Assembly (NCBI RefSeq): GCF_004010195.1
Contig: NC_057719.1
Coordinates: forward strand, 30,127,853 to 30,191,852
Source: Chiloscyllium plagiosum
Taxonomy: Eukaryota
Length of the DNA stretch: 64,000 nucleotides
Direction of reading: 5' to 3'
Shown here: positions 53,170 to 64,000 of the stretch, piece by piece
Layout: every line of letters starts with the position of its first letter
Position numbering within the stretch: position 1 is the first letter of the stretch
Notes under the pieces: model-generated
Databases searched by the model: none
The model's input: the letters and a program-made list of their open reading frames with translations, nothing else
Told to the model about the DNA's origin: nothing
Position numbers and translations under genes: made by a program

Positions 53170-55860
53170 AACTCATGAGGTATTAGATAAGCTATTGGTG
53201 CTTAAAATTGGTAAGGGACTGGTTGAGATGTATCCATGAATAGTGAAGGAAGTGAGAGTGGAAATTGCAAAGGCATTGGCAATTATCTTTCAATCTTCTC
53301 TGTGTCAAGGATCGTGCCAGAGGTGTGGACAATTGTACACATCATGTCTTGATTTTTAAAAAAATCAGATTTGCCCAGCAATTACAGACCCCCAGTTTAA
53401 TGTTAATGGTGTGGGAACTTATATATAAAGAATCATTCAGAATACAATTAATAGTCATGTAGAAAAATTTGGATTGATACAAAAGAGTTAGTATGGGTTT
53501 GGCATGGGAAAATTATAATGCAAGTATGACAGGTAAGACAGATGAACTTAGACTTTGGATTATTACATTTGTAGCTATTACAGAGACTTGATTGAGAGGG
53601 TGAAAAGACTGACAGCTTTAACATTCTGGGATTTAGATGTTTCAGACAAGATAGAGAGGGATGTAAAAGAGATAGGGGAGTTATGTTACTGACTAGGGAG
53701 CATATTACAGCTGTACACCATGGAGGACTGATCCATTCAGGCTATGTGGCAGACCTCAGGAATAGGAAGCGTGTACAGTACAACCTCGATTATCTGAACA
53801 AGACAGGCGGAGAGTATTTTGTTCCGATAACTGATCTGATCGTAAACAAAGAAAGCATTTACGGACCTCCAGGTCTTGTTCAGATAATCTGAAATTCAGA
53901 AGAAATGGGTGTGATCCTTAAAGAATACTTTGCATCAGTCTTCACGAAAGAGAAGATCATGGTGAGTCTAGAGAGGGGTGTGTTGATATTCTAGCATGTC
54001 GATATAAAAATGGAAGTGATGTTTGGTCTTTTGAAAAACATTAAGGTGGTCAAGTCCCCAGGACCTGATAGGATCTCTCCCAGAATAGTGATGGAGGTGA
54101 GGGAAGAAATTGCTGGGGTCTTGTATGAGATCACAGGAGAGGTCCCAGGGCACCGAAGGCCCACTTTGTTTAATAAGGGCAACAGGGATAATCCAGAAAA
54201 TTACAGGCCAGTGGGCCTTATGTCAGTGATAGGGAAATTATAGGAAATGATTCTTAGGGATAGAATTTACTTTCATTTGGAAAAGTATGGATGTATTAGC
54301 GATAGATATTATGGCCTTATGCGGGTAATGTTGTCTCTCTGAAACACGATTGAGGATTTTGAGAAAGTGATAAAGATTATCAATGAGGGCAATTCATTGA
54401 ATGTTGTCTGTACGAATTTTGACAAGGTCACTCATGGAAGGGTGTTACAGAAGGTGGAATCATTTGGGATCCATGGTGAGCTCTAAGATGGATACAGAAC
54501 TTGCTTGGTCAAAGTAGAGTTGGGAGAGAGTTTTTCTGATTGGAGGTCTGTGAGCAGTGGTGTTCTTCAGAGATCAGTGTTGGGAGCCCTGTTGTTTGTA
54601 ATATATACTGGAGAAGTGATTTGGAAGAGAATTTAGGTGGTCTGATTAGTAAAATTGCAGCTGACACAAAGCTTGGGGAAACTGTGGATACTGAGGACGA
54701 TTGCCAGATGATGTAGCGGGTTATAGATAGGCTGGAAACTTGGAGGGGGGAGGGTAGTGGTGGTATGTGCAGAGATATATCAAATGGAATTCAATCCTAA
54801 GTGCAAGGTGATATATTTCAGAAGGTCGAATGCAGGACAGAAATATACTGTAAATGGCAGACCTTTTAGAAGCACTAATATACAGACGGATCTAAGCCTA
54901 CAGGTCCACTGTTCCTTGAAAGTGGCAACACAAGTGGATAAGGTGGTCAAGAAGACATGGTATGCTTGCCTTTGTTGGTCAGGTTGTTGAGTACAGAAAT
55001 TGGCAAGTCATGTTGCAGCTAAATAGAATTTTAGGTCAGATTTGGAGTATTCTGGCCACAATTACCAGAAGGATGTGGAGGCTTTGGAGAGGGTACAGAA
55101 AAGGTTTACTGGGATGTTGTCTGGTTTGGAGGTATTAGCTATGAGGAGAGATTGGACAAACTTGGATTGTTTTCACTTGAATGTTTGAGGCTAAGGGAGT
55201 AACTTGATAGAACTTTACAAAATTTGAGAGGCATGGATATAATGGATAGAAGGAGTCTTGTTTTCTCCAGTATAAAAATGTCAATTACTCAGGGACGTAG
55301 GTTTAAGGTACGAGGGAACATAGGTTTAAGATAAAAGGAGGAAAGTGAGAGGTACCTTTTTTTTGATGCAGACGATGCTGGTATGCTGCCAGAAAAGGTG
55401 ATGGTAGGAGCAAATTCAACAACAACATTTAAGAAGCATCTTGACAGATACATGAATAGGCAGGGACTAGAGGGATTTGGACTGCACAAAGGCAAAAGGT
55501 TTTTAGTTTAGAAAGGCATCATGAGTCAGCACAGTCTTGGGGTGGTGGGCAGGGGCAGGTGGCAAAGAACTTGTTCCTGTGCTGTATTGTTCTTTGTTCA
55601 TCTACCTAGTTCCTCGAGGTTTTTTTTGTACTAGTAACAAGGAGCATTGATGAGGGAAAGCATATTGATATGGTGTACATGGGCTTCCAAATAATATTCA
55701 ATACAGTGCCACACAACTTGAGAAAAGTTGTAGCTCATCGACTAAAAGTGTTAATAGCAACATAGAGGGATATGACATAGAGTATTGATTAATGGGTTTT
55801 CTTCAAGCTAGAAGGAGGTTTGTACTGGAGTTTCTCAGGGGTTAATATTGGGACCCTTGC
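53170..55860 (+). mobile_element. Decayed nested CR1 LINE fragments
   Basis: KSPGPDRISPR..NPENYRPVGLMSVIGKL; RT and C-terminal remnants; tail ~55600. Confidence 0.75.
53774..53895. mobile_element. Tigger/pogo-like MITE fragment
   Basis: TA|CAGTACAACCTCGATTATCTG terminus; internal 17-bp inverted repeat gattatctgaacaagac (53788-53804) / gtcttgttcagataatc (53873-53889). Confidence 0.55.
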
Positions 55861-56716
55861 TTTTTGTGAGGACTATAGTGATTGCAATTTGTTAGAGATA
55901 CAGTATTTTTATTGAGATTTTTGAAGCAGTTCTCTTTAAATCAAATTGAGATGTAAGAAATAACAGTCAGAAATGTATCTCCAGATTTATTTGGCATAAA
56001 AACTCAGTTTGTTGTCTTCCAAAGCCAGATGACGTCCTGTTGAAGTATTTGTATTAAGATGGTGTATTAAGGGTAATGAACATCTCAATGTTTTTCCTGA
56101 ATAAGCACAAGGAAAATTGACATTCAATTGGAAAGAGATTATTTTAAAAGGATGGCTCAAAACCTTAAGGACTTTTAATAGAGGTGGGGAAGTAGACATT
56201 TATGCAAGTTGTACTCAATAATAGGATTGAGATGATAACAGTTGAAAGTGTGACAGCAGGTCAGGCAGCATCGGAGGAGCAGTTGTTTAAAGGCGAGAAA
56301 TGAAGATCTTGGTGAGATGCTAATCCTCATCGATAATGGGTTGCAGGCTGCAAAGAACATGGCATAGTTTCAAAGACAGAAATAAGAAAAGATTTCTCCT
56401 ACTATTGTGCAACTTGATCTATACCCCTTCAAATATCTGCACACGTATGCATGCACACATGCACACGCAGTCATAAAGATTGACACAGATATAATGAGAG
56501 GAGGAAGAATATGGGCAAGTAAGCAAAATTTCTAATCTCAAAAATCTGGATTTCAAGAGTAGTCTTGGTTTAATTTTTAACACTCAAGACATGCTATTAT
56601 CTCTATGATGATCGTCAATCTTCTGTTTGATAATTGATTGGGTGGACCTAGGTCTTTCCTCATCAGAATTCTTCCCTCTAAGCTTTCTTGGCTTTCTGTC
56701 TTTTATCCACAAAGCA

Positions 56717-56812
56717 TCATGGAATCACAGAATCTCTACAGTGTGGAAACAGGCCATTTGGCCCAACAAGTTCACACTGACCCTCTGAAGAGTAACCAAC
56801 CCAGACCCATTT
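56717..56812 (-). mobile_element. HE1-like SINE 3' fragment
   Basis: cagtgtggaaacaggccatttggcccaacaag...ccagacccat tail sequence. Confidence 0.65.
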
Positions 56813-58081
56813 TGACAGGAGAGAGAGGGAAAGATGGAAGTTTTCTCTTTGCAGGCTCCATATGCTTCTCTATCTGTTGTTACCGCACTTACAGTTTTAG
56901 ATATTCGGAAGCTCAACCTATTAGAGGGTTGTTGTTAGGAAGAATCACCTTAACTCTAAAGACTTGGTCTCAAATTCTCCACCTTGCTGCTTCATGCAGT
57001 CCTCAATTTTCAAGCTGAAAACACTCCTGATATTTTAGTTTCTAAGCAGTAGAAACTTCATTTCAGGTTTTGGTCCCAACAAAGAAACAAAATACATAAT
57101 CCAACTGGTGAAAACTCCAGCGGTACTTGAAATTATGTTCTGGAAGAAAACAGATGTGATAAAATTCTATTTAAATCTTTGTAGTTCTGCTTGGCAAACT
57201 GATTATTATCTTAATTTATTTATGGGTGGTGACCATTGCTGCCAAATCCATTATTTACTGTCCATTTCTAATTACCCATGAGATGGTAGTGAGCTGGTGC
57301 CCTAAAACACAATAGCCCATAATGTAGCTGCACTCACAGGGCTGTTAGAAAAAGATTTCCAAAATTTTCACTCAACAATGAGGGAATAATAGTATAGTTC
57401 CAAATGAGAATGGGGTATGATTTGGAGTAGGTTATGGAGGCAGAGGCAGTGGCAGTCCCAGGCACCCATTGCCTTTGTCCATCAGATGACAGAGGCTTTA
57501 AGTTTTGCAGTTATAGTTGAAAGTGACTTGGTAAGGTGTTCCTATGTATCATGTAGATGGTACACAGTGCTGCCATTGTGTCCTGGCAGTGAAGGAAGTG
57601 AATGTTTGAGATGGTGGTTAGGGTGCTGATCACATGGACTGCTTCATCCTGAATATAGCCAAGTGCACTCTTAAAGAGAAGTGAGGCGTATTTACCACTC
57701 ATTGCTCCACTAATTTGCACAGCCATTTGGAGGTTCCGTACGTACAGATCATCATGCTGAGGCCATTCCAGGCATTGACTTCTTGTTTTGGACACCACTG
57801 CTGGACAGAGACAACAGAAGCTTCTATACAAAATAATGAAAATAACTAAAGGGAAAGTTGTTATCTGTCTCTTGACTTGGCACATGCATGATTGTGAGCC
57901 ATTAAATCACACTACATACAGTTTATCCAAAGATGCTGTGGCATTGCTAGGACCACAGGTTTTACTTTAAGTTGACGTGTTTGCCATCATTGAGATGAAC
58001 AGAGAGATAAAAATAGCTGCAAATCAGCCATGATCTCTTCTGGGAATCCAATGTGAATGAATATTTTCTAGCAATGCTTAA

Positions 58082-58345
<264 letters not shown>

Positions 58346-60194
58346 TAAACTGTTCAGCTTGGCATGTCACATATAATAAAATAGACTTTGAGAAGTTCTT
58401 TGATGTTAACTGGTGGAGGAAATGTATGAAGATTTAACACATTCTAATAACTTGTATTTTATAAATTGACTGTTCATCATTGAATATCTCATTGTGTTGC
58501 TTACTCTCATTAATTTGTTAGATAACCTTGCTTAATTTTTATTCTGTAATTTTTTAAAAGTTTGATCCAAATCTGTGTGCAACAAATTCCATTCATCTAT
58601 GCATTCTTCATGTCATTTTTGAAAAAAAAACTCACTGCCATTTACCTACCTACCTTTCTTTGCTAAGTTACGTCTATAGCCCCCTTTGGAGCTATGCAAG
58701 TTTTTTCCATTTCTGCCATCCTAGACTTTCTGATAACTAAATTATTAGTAGACTATACTTGAAGTTTTGTTCATAATATCTGTTAACTTTCTTGAAACAG
58801 GAAAACAGTTCAAAATTCTTGTATGATTGCAATCTAACTACGCATGACTTCTAACTGGAAGTTTTTTTCTCTCCTGTACACCTGTTCCACAATTACACTA
58901 GATGTAGAAAAAGCTGAACAACCTTTTTCCTATTTCAATTTCCAGGACAATTCTGATAGTCAGCTTAATCTTTGATTTGGGTCTAATCAGCACAATGGGG
59001 ACCAGTATTTCAATCATAGTCAGTCATGTGTGTTCACTTGTTGCCCCTTGTGCAGCAAAGCCAACTGTGGATCCACATACACAAGCGTATAAGTTGTAGC
59101 CTACCATCGCCATCTCTGATTTTAGATATGGTTGCACCTCAACTAGGTTGAGACACCAATTAAAGGACACTGGAACTTTGTTCTTTGAAATTGATTGTGG
59201 TGATATACAACTACTTAGAACTGATTGCTGTATTAATTTGTATTTTAACATTTAACATCAGTGATTAATTTTGTCAGCAATATCTCATTTGATATGATTA
59301 GATCATGGATGTTGGGATTATGTAGTGATATTCTCTGTCTGCAATTTGGCCATAATGGATTAGGTTCTTTGACTATCTGCACCCAGTACTGTCCTGTATG
59401 CGTTGAAATTAAAACATTGTCATTTGTCACATTGCCCACTCAGTCAACACCATATCTGCTGAGCTTTTCCAGTGCCTTCTGTTTTTCTGATTGCAGTTTA
59501 ACCGCATGATCACCAACCTTGCAAAGCTCGTCAGCAGCATCCAGTTTTAAACCCCAGTATCCAGTAAAGATTTTGGTAAATCCTTAGGTTTACCACCACA
59601 TGCCCTTTTCCCAAGACAGAACCACAGTGTGCAGACTCCTGATGACTTATTCTGTTTAGCAATTGTAAAAAGTGTCCATTTCCTCCTTGTGCAAAATACA
59701 ATTGGTTTAGTTTAGTTATTTGTCCAATCTTGTCACTGTAAATGTTTACAGTACTGTATTTATGGATCCACATCTCAAGTAGGTACAAATGGAAATTAAT
59801 TTAAATAATTTGAGCTGTGCTTTGAATCAGAACTAATAAAATATAAAATATGTGATTTTTTTATGGAAAAGAACTTCCATAATTAATCATGTAAAGAATT
59901 AATCGCGTAGCTATCCAGTGCTATTTTACAATACTTAAAAAGTATTTAGATTTTAAATATTAAGTTGCAAGTTTCATGTTAATACCAAATATAATTGAAA
60001 CCTTTTTAACTTAACCTAACTATGTGGATTTTTTTTTTCAGTTGAGAAATATTCCCCAATGGTTGGAAAATCTGGTTAATTACAGTGGGTTATGGTAACT
60101 ACAGATCTTCTGTAAGATATAAATAAGAAGGGATTGGGTGAGAGGGAGGATTTGTTAAGTTTTGTAAACCAGTAGAAAAAGAAGTTTTCACTAA

Positions 60195-62932
<2,738 letters not shown>

Positions 62933-63179
62933 AAATTTATTATTAATTGGGTAAATGACTGCATAAATGGTAGGGGCTTGAATATAACAAAACAAAAATA
63001 AATTCTTCCTTCAAAAGGAGAAAGAATGAGAGTGATTCTAATCTATATTTATACATCTTTTAAGAGTTGCAAAGTAGCATTAGTTTTAAGGTCCTTCAGA
63101 TTTCTGGAGCAATAGTTAATGGGTGATTAGAATTAACAGTCTATGCCTGACAATTCTAAAGGTTTGTGCTTAAAAATGT

Positions 63180-64000
63180 AAATTATTCAACAATTTGAAT
63201 TGGGTAATTATGAAATGATAGATTTTAGTCGGAAGTGCGTGGAGAGGACACTAAACTAAATCATACAATTTTAGCTAATGCCCAGGAACAGAGTGTTACT
63301 TTTATAAGCATACAGTTCTTTGGCAGAAAATGTTGAGAAGACACTGTTTATTTTAAAAGAAACATAAAGTGCAAAATACACAAGGAAGTTATGCTAGTTC
63401 TAAATCAAAGAGTGGTTAGCTTCATCTGCACTGTATCTAATTCTCGGCATCACACCAGGAAGTGTGACAAGGCCTTTTCAGGTGGAACAGAAAGGTTTGC
63501 TGGAATCGTATCTGGTAAGAGAGACTTAAATTATCAGGTGAGACAGAAGATGTGGTTGTCCTTAGAGATGAGAATGAAGCATAAATTACGAAGGATTTTA
63601 GAAATAATGAGGAGGAAGTGTTCCCAGTGACAGAAGGTTTGAAACCACAGAACATAATTTTAGGATATTGGCATAACAGTAAGAGGTATTTTAAATTCTT
63701 TTGATCTAAAATCCATAGGCGGAAAGGGTGGTGGAAGCAAATTCAGTAATAATTTCCAAAAAGGAATTGGTAAATGTTTGAAGGAAAAACAAAAATATAG
63801 ACTAGAACTGCAATTGTGTTAAGGGCTTAGCTGGAGAGGAATTTATTAATTATGTACAAGAAAATTTTGTGATTCAGTATGTGGATGTGCCTACTAGAGA
63901 AGGTGCAAAACTTGACCTACTCTTGGGAAATAAGGCAGGGCTGGTGACTGAGGTGTCAGTGTAGGAACATTTTGGGGCCAGTGATCATAAGTCTATTAGA
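63180..64000 (+). mobile_element. Old CR1 3' remnant followed by a CR1 endonuclease fragment running off the window
   Basis: 63826-64000 reads CVKGLAGEEFINYVQEN..QYVDVPTREGAKLDLLLGN..FGASDHK. Confidence 0.7.

Overview
Vertebrate genomic DNA, most likely from a shark/elasmobranch (HE1/V-SINE-like SINEs, abundant CR1 LINEs, Penelope-like elements). It holds the 5' parts of two head-to-head genes whose start codons are about 1.7 kb apart. TTC8/BBS8 is on the minus strand with 5 coding exons (28009 down to <1). An EML5/EML6-family gene, called EML5 from its TTC8 linkage, is on the plus strand with 3 coding exons (29706 to >60320). All exons have GT-AG boundaries and consistent phases. The introns are mostly transposon debris: nested CR1s, SINEs, an L1-like 3' end with TSD, a Harbinger transposase fossil, a Gypsy pol remnant and a Tigger-like MITE fragment, plus one assembly gap. 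Most notable: (1) a dispersed family of short Penelope-derived elements with minimal hammerhead-ribozyme cores, some palindromic and flanked by 12-15 bp TSDs; (2) a candidate 24-nt in-frame TTC8 microexon in the intron that holds the mammalian photoreceptor exon 2A; (3) a ~435-bp-arm inverted duplication in TTC8 intron 1; (4) a consensus RFX X-box at TTC8 and a MEF2/TATA-CRE-TGACAG cluster at EML5. Repeat boundaries were read by eye and are approximate.
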